Shown piece after piece: positions 31,701 to 41,000 of a DNA stretch of 64,000 bases (its first letter is position 1; each line of letters starts with the position of its first letter). The translations under genes were made by a program, and so were the position numbers. Source of the DNA: a virus. Location: the IMG/VR virus record IMGVR_UViG_3300033552_000001, positions 32,001 to 96,000 of that record, one strand, 5' to 3'. Under the pieces are notes generated by a model, which saw only the letters and a program-made list of their open reading frames with translations, was not told the DNA's origin and searched no databases.

Positions 31701-34700
31701 ATGCAATTTAGTGATCATGTAGGTAATTTAATAGATGATGTACATTACAATTTATCACAAGAAGATCAAGATAAAATAAATAGTATTTTAAATGATGCAT
31801 CTTCTGATACTACTGAATTTACTACTAAGGACTTTACTTTACAAGATAACCTATTAACAAAAGCATTATTGGGTAAACCCTTTGATGTTTCTAATGAAAT
31901 TGTTGAAACTGGAATTAATAATGTATTAAATGGTACACTTGATTACATAAAAGAAGAAGGTATTATTGATAATCAGAATAATCTATTATTAGATAATAGT
32001 TATGAAAAGGCTAATACTAATTTTGAGTTTAAAGATAATGCATTACAAGGCAATATTAAAAAGATATTACTTTCTAATATGTTAAATACTATGTTCTTAA
32101 ATCAATTACTGCATGGTGATCAAGCATTATTGTATAAGAATGATATGGTGGATATGTTTAAAAGATTTAAAGGTAGAAATGCTGCTATTAACTCAATGAA
32201 TACTTCTACTATTGCCCCTGAATTAGGAATTGATAAAGTATGGGAGTCAATGGAAGTAATTGTCCATGATGAAATTAAAGGAATTTCTTCTATTGATGGT
32301 AAACCAATTGACAAAGCAGATGCTCAAAATCATACCACTGTTAATTACATGAGGTATGCTATGTATTCATTGAGTAGACTTACAAGAGATTATTCTCAAT
32401 TGTTTGATATTATAGAACAAGGTGAACCAATATCAGCTAAATTAGAAAAGAAAATCTTTGATTTATCATTGTATATTCCTGTTTTAAAAACTGTATTTGC
32501 TGATGGCTATACATTCTTTAAAAAGTCAGATTTTATGTTAACTAAACAGTTGACATCTTTGATGAATCCAATAACAAAAGAATTTGCAGAAACACAAGGA
32601 GATTTTATAAATGGTAGATGGAAACATAAAATAGGAGCTACTGTTGAAACAGTGAGGTGGTCTGATGGTAGTTATTATGAAGTAGTTCCAAGACCAGAGA
32701 AAAATACTACCAAAGAACCATTGCATGATAGAAGAAAAGCAATGGAAGGGTGGAGATTTGCTAATGATGGTTGGAGTTATTCTGGAAGAGAAATTATGTT
32801 ATCAATGCCAATTTCAGCTTCTAAAATGTTAAACCTTAATACATTAAAAGGAAGTGATTTAAAAAGTGATAAAATTGAAGGTTCAATTAGAACTATTGAT
32901 TTAAAATATTATGGATTGCAAGTTGAAAGTTCTCATCCACATGATAAAATTCCTCACTTCTCACAATACATAGAAATTGCTTTAAATGAACTTAATAAAG
33001 CTGGGACTACTAAATTTACCATTGACAAACAAGGATACACTGGAAGCCAACTATTAAGGCTTTACCAAGATGGATTGGTTGCAAGAGATCAAATTAAAAT
33101 TGAGGAATTATTAAATGAGTTATTTGACAAAGATAATGATGGTGTTTTTAAAGAGAAAGAATTTAGAAATAGATTTGCTAAATCATTAGAAACAAGTGGT
33201 GCTGATAAACAAACTATTGAATTAGTAACCAAAGGATATTCATTAAATCATCCTTTAATTAAAGAGAAGTTTATTGCCCAGATATTTTCACATTTTACAA
33301 AAGATGGATTGTCACAAAAGATTGCAGGTGATTCAGCTCCCCATGTAAGTAGTTATGGAATGAAATTAATTAAACAGGTGATTTCAGTTCCTTTAAATGG
33401 TAAAGAAGAAATAACATGGAGAGTTCTTGAAGTTGATAGTCAAGAATATTTTGATGCTGTAAATAGTAAAACAGAAGAACAATGGAATGAAGTAGATTTT
33501 GGAGATTTACTTTTTTACCCAGACATTGAGGGTAATAAAATTAGCAGTAGTCATGGTAAAAAAGCATTAAAAATTGCATTAACTAAAATAGGAGTTGGAG
33601 CATTTTTTATTGATGATTTAAGACATTTTAAACCAAGAATTGAAGAAGGTAAATTAACAGGATATTTTGATGAAGTAGTTCTTCCTAAATTTAATATTAA
33701 TCAAAAAGGTATTAGTAAAAAAGAGAAATATATGTTCTCTGTTAGAATACCTTCACAAGATAAACATTCTGGTGTTAATGTAGAATGGGTACACATGCTT
33801 CCTGCTTATCATGGAAGTTTAGCTGTTGTTCCAAAAGAAATTGTACAGTTGTCAGGACATGACTTTGATGTTGATAAAGCTTTTATTCATAAAGTAGATG
33901 GATATTATGAAAAAGGTATTTTTGTTCCTTATAGTAATGATTTAAAAAGTGTAATTGCTTATAATCTTGCTAATCATAGAGAATTAAAACAATACATTAA
34001 GGATAATCCAACTACAACAATACTAGAAGCATTTAAAAAATTTGGACTTCCAACAACAGAAGTTGAATTTAATTCTTATAAAAAGAAATATGGCGGATAT
34101 TCAAACAGAGGATATATCAATAATTTATTATTACAGGCACAACAACAAGCATTAGCTAATGTTGAAACAATGGATGGTAAAATAGCTGATACTCCTGCTT
34201 CACTTACTTATTTAGATACTGTATTAAAAGAATTTCCTTTGGGAACTGTTGAAACAAACATCACTCCCAAGTATTTACTATCAGATGATGGTAAAACATT
34301 TGTTGCAGGTATTAAAAAGAAATTCAATGTGCATTCAATGTTTGCTCATATAATTACTCATAGAAACACTACTACTGGTAAAAAGAATATCGGCCCTGAT
34401 GTTAACTGGAATTTATTAGATATTGTATTGAATAGACTTGATGTACAAATCAATCCTAAGAATGCTGTTATGGTTGAAATTAATGGAAAACAAGAATCAT
34501 TTGATTCTCTTCAGTTATTTTTAAATCATAAAATGGAAAATGGTGGTGAATTTTTAAGAGTATTTGATGTACTATCCACTATGATTTCTGCTGCAACTGA
34601 TGAGGCTAAAGAGCAATTAAATGCAAGATATGGACTTACTATTGATGCTTTAAATGCAATTCTTCCTTTTGTTGCTATGGGAGGAAATCTTTCTATTGGA

Positions 34701-37115
34701 ATTGCCTTAGTAAATCAACCAGTTATTAAAGAATTTTTAGCTTTTAAAGCCAAGAAGAATTATGCTGTTTTAACAAAAAAAGAAACTGGATATAAATATT
34801 TTAACAATGAAAAGATTATTGAAGAAATGTTTAAATCACAAGATGCTTATGAAATTATAAAAGCATCAGAACTTGTATTTTCAATAGATGATTTAGCCAA
34901 AGGACTTAGACCAAAACAATATGCTGAATCAACAAAAGAAATAAAAATGGCAATGTTAAGAGACTTTTTAAAGTTGTCAGAAATAACTGAATATGGAAAT
35001 AATGTAGTGGGAGCAATTAAGCTTAAAAAAGGACTTTCTACTGATATTTATGCTTTTAATGATACCTTAGAAAAATTGGCTAAAATACAATATGAACCAG
35101 GAAGTACAGAAGATACATCACCATTTTTTATTAAAGAAGAAATTAAAAACAATCCATTAGCAAAAGAAATCAAAGGTAAAATAGAAATAGTAGAAAGAAT
35201 TAATGAAGCTTTGCCAAAACTTCTTGCTATAAAATCTCCAATATTTGAAGCACTTAGAGCTTCTATTAAGACACAAGCAAAGGAAAATTGGAATAATGTT
35301 GAATTAAAAGAATTGGATAGTGAATTAGAATCATTTATTTACAGCCAAATGCTTTATAAATCATTAGAAGAGGCTGGAAACTATGATGCATTATTATTAA
35401 AGTATTTAAAATCAGGACTTACAGATCCTACTGATGATAATAACATTGTTAATGTATTTACAAAATTTAAAACAGCTATTGCAAATGATCCTACTTTAAA
35501 TAACAATTCTTTAATTAAGAAATTAGAATTATTAACAGAAAGTGGTACATCATTTTTAAAACTAAATCAATTAGTTAAATTAAATGATAATCAAATGACT
35601 GATTTAGCTGATGCATTTACTTTTTTAGCTAATAGACCATTTTCAATAAATGAAGGAATATCACCATTAGAATTGACAAAGGCTTTACAAGCATTGTATA
35701 TTATTAAAGATGGTATGCAATTTAAATACACAGGTATTACTAAAATATTTCCTGTTGAAGTATTTACAAGAATGTCTGAAAATATTGAAAAAGTAATAAA
35801 GAATGGTGAAGATGTAAAAGAATTATTTACTACAGCAACATTTAACGAATTTCAAAGAAGATATTTTGAATCTGTTAAACATAAAAGTAGTAGTAAAACA
35901 ATTACAATTTATGATGTTAAAGGAAAAAATGATGAGTATTTATTTGAATTAGATAAAATTACTGGTGCAAGTTTAGCTATTTATACTGAACAGAAAGGAA
36001 GTGGAATAACAGTTGATAAGAAAGGTAATTTACTAAGATATATTACATTAAAAATTGGTAAAGATTCTTACAGTATGAAGCTTATTTCTAATGATGGATT
36101 AACATCTGTTTACAATGAATACAAACCACTTGGTACTTCTAATAGTACTTTAATGGGACTTCCTATTGAAAATAATGTATTTGTCAGTACTGATAGAAAA
36201 GAAGTTTCTTTACCAAGTGATAGTGAAAAGCTTGTAGTTTTTGAAGGAAATATTAACTTTACAGAAATTAATAACAATCAAGATGGACAAAGAACAAAAG
36301 GACAGGATAAAATTAATCAAAGACTATTATCAGATTCAGAAAGACGAAATATTGATAGATTATCATCAATACGAAATAAGGAAATGGAAACACAAGCCTT
36401 GTCAGGGATTATTTTGTATGCTGATTCCAATAAAAAAGGAATTATATCAAAAACTAATAAAGAAGGAAACATTAAAGTGTTTAAAGTGGACAGCTCTGAG
36501 TCCTTATTATCAGTTATACAACAAAAGCTTAATGACAGGAACACCCTCAACGGAAAAATATTTGCAGAACTTAAAAGAGTGGCTGACACCAAATTGGTAG
36601 TTGATAATAACGGGCATTTTATTTATGTTACTGGAGATAATATGTATATTAATCCTAAAGCAATGTTTGAACATTTAAAAACAGAAAATGGTGAAAATTA
36701 TTTAGACACATTGTTATTTGAGGAATTAATTCATATTATTACTAATCAATTAATTACTTTTCAAGAAAAAATAAAATTAACAAAAGATCAATTAAAAAAA
36801 GACTCTGCTTTTGTCACTAAAGTTGCAAATGTTTATCCTACAAAAAATTCTTATGAAGCATATTTTGAGTATATAAGAGTAATGGTTCAACAAGAACTAA
36901 TAGGAACAACTACTTTAAAAGAAAGAATAACATGGGATGAAACTGCCATTAAAATATTTAATGAGCTTATGGAATTTATTTTTTCAGTAATTGAAACAAG
37001 AAACACTAAAAAATTAATTAAAAAACACGTTAATTATATTAATGAAATTAAGAATCAATCAAACCAAGAACAACAATCAGATACAGAATTAAAAATTTGT
37101 GAAGGTAATAAATAA
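28755..37115 (+). CDS. Virion-packaged single-chain DNA-dependent RNA polymerase (phi14:2 gp66-like, two-barrel)
   Basis: RIPSQDKHS...LSGHDFDVDK catalytic DxDxD motif at 33861-33875, DAQ and KSD motifs upstream, TDEAKE downstream; 2786 aa in the crAss-like giant-gene cluster. Confidence 0.9.
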   Translation: MYNMKDCLMLDNLDVQEWIDKEGINTTYEEYLKKGYLPDYKDWTGKEVSTDTAKDILNSFFGLDTFNVQVKDFSNLMYSLPANTAAAYLQQVIYLNQNPQKADVYEEGFHAIMDVVISADEKKEVLKAGQSVLRARLKSEGKTINQYIKELVTKYPTIYGRLSAEKALERAFEEEVASMFVDSFENKNYLKQEFDLSKKLSPFFGDNAKSIAKILSKIFKFFKDIYNKFLGNQDTLSLFFQNIKDGKFKNNNKVIDSNGDNNIVPFTRLLELYTTRFNRISKKETQFLSHSLTSEATQRVIRNVGAIFFQLEGAKLFNTVAERMDESIDLYFKLEEDFKEIDLNSEVNATALEGLKEDVKEYIEVFSSIVDFDSDTVENEEETPNDFAKFDSSANESSTFENSFSKQLKLRIGKTGRVKTIHNYDYKGEGTIYPIKLIESVNVLNVYYSFARTLGNTSSDKERWNRLYAFSNLKGNPDAKAFVDTLLFDLFHSHERMEEHVGKEFHVIVEEIKKLYVAKVAGFNIFPENGITISSTNAMIINSILKGFDLWKRSEYILKVNTISRQTELFDANLESIKNSQYKTWVNSLQEIFNVDAKNKDNKQYVEVEQIKWENPETTQSFNDLLNRLKSYFGNLNIQLSDEYLKYSILSPMVDSKREIVFENDPALRSLFTNFKIPNNALLTPDTTAQINTRVKRFMVAGDINNVTNFKQGMVRYLKSIAEGNGYFDERIPDNTFKGADGKTKYNYQNKTYFLQKIDEILKNPTKALTYKTLIGKQLNEETQQYENIYLKEGFEFISDNYLLKKFANEYKAAIDAGDIFSFSANGLRQSDSYTDMATMQTVTTESDGLSVGDMSTRDFAIYLLSAAVTKKESAAATTPIYVGNFEASKTFEFVNLPFIKGLFTGEKVSTVAIDLVKKEFEKEFNRIVRYAKNINTTKYDKYNSSSIAKITYGTDTLKDFFYIPFTLKNGKKQVNFSAFRSMQFSDHVGNLIDDVHYNLSQEDQDKINSILNDASSDTTEFTTKDFTLQDNLLTKALLGKPFDVSNEIVETGINNVLNGTLDYIKEEGIIDNQNNLLLDNSYEKANTNFEFKDNALQGNIKKILLSNMLNTMFLNQLLHGDQALLYKNDMVDMFKRFKGRNAAINSMNTSTIAPELGIDKVWESMEVIVHDEIKGISSIDGKPIDKADAQNHTTVNYMRYAMYSLSRLTRDYSQLFDIIEQGEPISAKLEKKIFDLSLYIPVLKTVFADGYTFFKKSDFMLTKQLTSLMNPITKEFAETQGDFINGRWKHKIGATVETVRWSDGSYYEVVPRPEKNTTKEPLHDRRKAMEGWRFANDGWSYSGREIMLSMPISASKMLNLNTLKGSDLKSDKIEGSIRTIDLKYYGLQVESSHPHDKIPHFSQYIEIALNELNKAGTTKFTIDKQGYTGSQLLRLYQDGLVARDQIKIEELLNELFDKDNDGVFKEKEFRNRFAKSLETSGADKQTIELVTKGYSLNHPLIKEKFIAQIFSHFTKDGLSQKIAGDSAPHVSSYGMKLIKQVISVPLNGKEEITWRVLEVDSQEYFDAVNSKTEEQWNEVDFGDLLFYPDIEGNKISSSHGKKALKIALTKIGVGAFFIDDLRHFKPRIEEGKLTGYFDEVVLPKFNINQKGISKKEKYMFSVRIPSQDKHSGVNVEWVHMLPAYHGSLAVVPKEIVQLSGHDFDVDKAFIHKVDGYYEKGIFVPYSNDLKSVIAYNLANHRELKQYIKDNPTTTILEAFKKFGLPTTEVEFNSYKKKYGGYSNRGYINNLLLQAQQQALANVETMDGKIADTPASLTYLDTVLKEFPLGTVETNITPKYLLSDDGKTFVAGIKKKFNVHSMFAHIITHRNTTTGKKNIGPDVNWNLLDIVLNRLDVQINPKNAVMVEINGKQESFDSLQLFLNHKMENGGEFLRVFDVLSTMISAATDEAKEQLNARYGLTIDALNAILPFVAMGGNLSIGIALVNQPVIKEFLAFKAKKNYAVLTKKETGYKYFNNEKIIEEMFKSQDAYEIIKASELVFSIDDLAKGLRPKQYAESTKEIKMAMLRDFLKLSEITEYGNNVVGAIKLKKGLSTDIYAFNDTLEKLAKIQYEPGSTEDTSPFFIKEEIKNNPLAKEIKGKIEIVERINEALPKLLAIKSPIFEALRASIKTQAKENWNNVELKELDSELESFIYSQMLYKSLEEAGNYDALLLKYLKSGLTDPTDDNNIVNVFTKFKTAIANDPTLNNNSLIKKLELLTESGTSFLKLNQLVKLNDNQMTDLADAFTFLANRPFSINEGISPLELTKALQALYIIKDGMQFKYTGITKIFPVEVFTRMSENIEKVIKNGEDVKELFTTATFNEFQRRYFESVKHKSSSKTITIYDVKGKNDEYLFELDKITGASLAIYTEQKGSGITVDKKGNLLRYITLKIGKDSYSMKLISNDGLTSVYNEYKPLGTSNSTLMGLPIENNVFVSTDRKEVSLPSDSEKLVVFEGNINFTEINNNQDGQRTKGQDKINQRLLSDSERRNIDRLSSIRNKEMETQALSGIILYADSNKKGIISKTNKEGNIKVFKVDSSESLLSVIQQKLNDRNTLNGKIFAELKRVADTKLVVDNNGHFIYVTGDNMYINPKAMFEHLKTENGENYLDTLLFEELIHIITNQLITFQEKIKLTKDQLKKDSAFVTKVANVYPTKNSYEAYFEYIRVMVQQELIGTTTLKERITWDETAIKIFNELMEFIFSVIETRNTKKLIKKHVNYINEIKNQSNQEQQSDTELKICEGNK
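36283..36600 (+). CDS. Candidate overprinted 105-aa ORF in the +1 frame of the RNA polymerase gene
   Basis: ataacaatcaagATG leader; MDKEQKDRIKLIKDYYQIQKDE...; the main frame uses otherwise avoided CGA codons here. Confidence 0.4.
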   Translation: MDKEQKDRIKLIKDYYQIQKDEILIDYHQYEIRKWKHKPCQGLFCMLIPIKKELYQKLIKKETLKCLKWTALSPYYQLYNKSLMTGTPSTEKYLQNLKEWLTPNW

Positions 37116-37141
37116 TAATAGGTAATGTCAAAATTAATTAA

Positions 37142-37172
37142 TACCTTTGTTGTAGTAGAATTTTCTGCTACA
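37142..37172 (+). promoter_or_regulatory. Bacteroidota -7 box plus 5' leader hairpin for the second BRO gene
   Basis: TACCTTTG at 37142-37149, then tgtagtagaa-tt-ttctgctaca hairpin; the -33 element is weak. Confidence 0.55.
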
Positions 37173-37185
37173 AAACAAAAATATA

Positions 37186-38028
37186 ATGCAAGAATTAACA
37201 AAAAACAATCAATTAGAGGTGGACAACCAGCCGTTATTAACCTCAAAGATTTTGAAATTAGATTATGAAACTCTAATTTCTCCATTTGATGAAAGTATCA
37301 AAGTAATTAGGTTTAAAAGTTTTAAGGACAAAAATGTGAATTTATTTTCTGGCACTGAAACAGCAAAAAATTTAAATCACAGTAATTTAGCAATGGCTTT
37401 ATTAAGAAGTGAATGTATTCCTAATAAAGACTATTTTGTATTGGAAAAAAAGAATTGTCCAAAAGAAATTTGGAAAGATTTTGAAGAATTAAATTTTGTT
37501 TCTAAGTTCTCTCCAAGAACAACTATTTTATTTGAATCTGGTTATTGGAAGCTTTTAAACCATTCTGAATTACCATTAGGTTTGAAGTACAGAAATTGGG
37601 TAGCATCAGAAGTAATGCCTACTATATCAAAAACAGGAAAATATGAATTACCTAAATTTGAAATAGATACAAAATTACTATCTTCTGCAACTGAAAGATC
37701 TGTTCAACTTGAAAATAGTAAAAGTATTAATACTTATAATTTTGAATTAGACGGTACAAAGAAAGTGATTGAGTATAATTTTAAAAACTGTTTACAAGTA
37801 ACTAATAAAACTCCAAAAGAAATTAAAAAAACTTATGGTAGACCAGATAAATCAGCAAAAGAAATATTAAGAAGAACTAATCCTGAATGTGCTATGACAA
37901 TGACAATGAATGATTATTTAGTTGAAAAGTATAATTTAGAAATAGAACAATTAAAAGAAACTGATGAATTTCTAACTAAAACATTTCAATCATTAGGTAA
38001 ATTAGGAATAACATTAAAAATTCAATAA
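37186..38028 (+). CDS. BRO-N-like domain protein, paralog of 18522-19235
   Basis: LFSGTETAKNLNHSN...ILFESGYWKLLNHS...YRNWVASEVMPTISKTGKY is the BRO-N signature; C-terminal domain shared with the first BRO gene. Confidence 0.8.
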   Translation: MQELTKNNQLEVDNQPLLTSKILKLDYETLISPFDESIKVIRFKSFKDKNVNLFSGTETAKNLNHSNLAMALLRSECIPNKDYFVLEKKNCPKEIWKDFEELNFVSKFSPRTTILFESGYWKLLNHSELPLGLKYRNWVASEVMPTISKTGKYELPKFEIDTKLLSSATERSVQLENSKSINTYNFELDGTKKVIEYNFKNCLQVTNKTPKEIKKTYGRPDKSAKEILRRTNPECAMTMTMNDYLVEKYNLEIEQLKETDEFLTKTFQSLGKLGITLKIQ

Positions 38029-38032
38029 TTTT

Positions 38033-38062
38033 AAGAGCTTTTAGAAATAAAAGCTTTTTTAT
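38033..38062 (+). terminator. Intrinsic terminator
   Basis: agctttt-agaaat-aaaagct hairpin followed by a T tract. Confidence 0.6.
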
Positions 38063-38080
38063 TTTAAAAAAAATATAATT

Positions 38081-41000
38081 ATGGCATGCCAAATCCCTTA
38101 TCTTGATAATAAATATCAAGGAGAACAATTAAAATCATTAAGAAGTAAACATATTAAATTAGTAAAAGATATTATTTCTTCTAAATTATTTTATAGAAAG
38201 AATAATCATTTACAATTATCAAGAGATTTAACTTCTGATGTAAGAAAACAACAAGAAGCTTTTGTTGCTACAATTCCTGAATTATCAGTTGTTAAATCAG
38301 ATTTATCTTTTGATATTTTATCATTAAAAGTTGATGTTGTACAACAAACAAATGATATTCAATATCAAAAAGAGAATACAGAAAAGATTGCAAATGAAGA
38401 AGAAATAAATTATAATTATACTACCCAAGAAGTATCAAAAGATAAAAATATTGATAGGTTTTTTACTAATAATAAAACAACTGTAGAAGAAGTGTTGGGT
38501 AAAATAACTCAACCTCAATTAAGAATATTAGCTAATGCATTATTAAAACTTTTAACACCTGCTCAAAGAAAATTAGCAGTAAATCTTGTTGATAGTGGTA
38601 ATTTTAGAGGGCTTATTTCTCCAAATTCAGGAGTAATACAAATAAATAGAAATGCTAATTTTCCAAAAGGAGATGCTTCTAAAACTATTATACATGAGAT
38701 AATACATTTGATGACTATACAATACTTGTCAAGTAATAAATCAAGTGAATTGTATAAAGACTTTGATAAATTATATCAATATGCAAAAAAAATATTATTA
38801 GCACAAAATAAACCTTTTTATGGTATTACTAACATTGATGAATTTATTGCTGAAGCATTGTCTAATGGTGAATTTATTAAAGAACTTTCTTTGATGGGTT
38901 CATTAAAAGGAATTGAAAAATATGATAATTTATTTAGTGAATTTGTTGAAAAAGTATTGGAAGTAATTAAAAAAGTATTTGGTTCTAAAAATGATAATTT
39001 ATACAATCAAATATCTTCTTTGGCTTCACAAATTATTGCTTTAAATGAAGATTTATCATCACAAAGCCTTGATTCATTTGATGAAGAAAGTAGTATGTAT
39101 GATGCAGATAATGTGCCTCCAAATCAAGATGATGAAGCTGTAAATGAAAATACTGAATTTAGTAAATACCTTTCAAATGAAGAAAATGAAGCTACATTTG
39201 TTAAAATGATTAATGGTATTAAAATTAAATTTAATGACTATTTAGGACTTTTACAAGAATCAATGGTTGAATACCCATCTTCTGAAAAAGAAGTGAAATA
39301 TGCTGAATTAAATGCTTTAAGAAAAATATTAAATAATGAAACTACAAAAGATGCTATCATTGGACTTAATAATTATATTACACAATCCACTCAATGGATT
39401 GATTCTATTAGTAATGAGTATTTTAATAATGATAAAAATGTATTAGCTGATGTAAAAGCATTAGAAGCATTACCAGAAGGTGAATTTAAACAAGCTGAAA
39501 TACAAAGACTTACAAGAGTACTTAATAAAACAAAACATTTTCTTTCTTTATTCAATGATTTAGATGAATTTAAAACTGAATTAAATAGATCTGGATTTCT
39601 TCCTGATGATAAATACAATACTAAATTCTTTAATAATAGAGAATTGTTTGCAAAAGAAATGGAAGCTATTGGTGCAAAAAGTATTATTGATATTACTTAT
39701 GATGCAATTGCTAGAAGTAATTTTACTACAGAAGGTATTAAAAACCTTATATTTTTTAATCAGTATAATGGTAAATTAAATACCATTTCTTATGAAGAAG
39801 GTGAGATTTTTAGAGATAAAGTGAATGAAATGTTTAAAAGGAATGTAAACAAAACATTTACTTCTCAAATGTCAGAAGCATTAGGTAAAGCTGAAAGACT
39901 TAAAAAAGAAATTAATAATCTGCATTACACCTTAGCAACTGATTGGTTATTTCCTTTATATGACCAACAACAATCAAAATTAGCAGTTGATAGTCTAATG
40001 AGAGTATCAAAAGCAAAATTTAAGGCATTACTAAAACTTTCTGATAAAGATGAGAATACAGTTGTATCTTGGATTGAAGCTACTATACAGTCAAAAGACC
40101 CATTAGTTGCCACTGTAGCCAAGAAAATAGCTGATGGCTTAAGAGAGGTTGACTTAGAGAATTATAAGCTCTCTGTGGAGATTACCAATGAAAGAGCTGC
40201 TTCTGGATTTGATCAAATGAAACCACAAGAAGTAACCCAAGCTTACAATGAAATGACTAATTTGGTTACTCAATTGGTAGTGGATGACTTTGGTAATCCA
40301 GTTCAATTAACTGATGATGATTTAAGAGAAGGAGTTAAAATTAATACCTTGCAAGGAGAAAAAAGATATTTAACTGTACAAACAAAAGCATGGAAAACTG
40401 GGGAACATACTTCATTAGCAGATGCTTATAAAAAGTTAGTTTCTAATTTAATTTACAGAAAAAATAAAGATGAGAAGGGAGTAGAAATTCCTTCCTTGAT
40501 TAATCAATTAATGGAAGTTGCTTTTAATGATAAAAATGAATTAGATGCAACATCATTGGCTAAATTTATTACAGCTAATCAAAAAATAATGCCTGAATTA
40601 TGGGAAATGAGATTTGTATTATTTAAAACATTAAAAGATGGACTTGCTTTAGAAAATGGTAAATATTACAATTATAATCCAGCATTATTAAAAAGTTTGG
40701 CTGAATCAAAGGATAAAAAACAGCATTTAAAGAAAGTAATTGAAGGACAATTGTGGAGAGTGCTACATTTTAATAAAACATATACAGCAAAAACACAAGA
40801 TGAAGTAACAAAATTGCTTATAAATAATGGAATTACAATTGCTAATGTTAATAAACCATCTAAATACTTAGATGATAACACAGCTGTAAGTGATAACATA
40901 AATAGTTTTAAATTTAATGTAAATAAAAATCAAGCAGGTGCTTATGTATCAGTTGAAAGAGGTGGTGAAACCTTGTATTTATATAAAGATAAAAGTGGTG

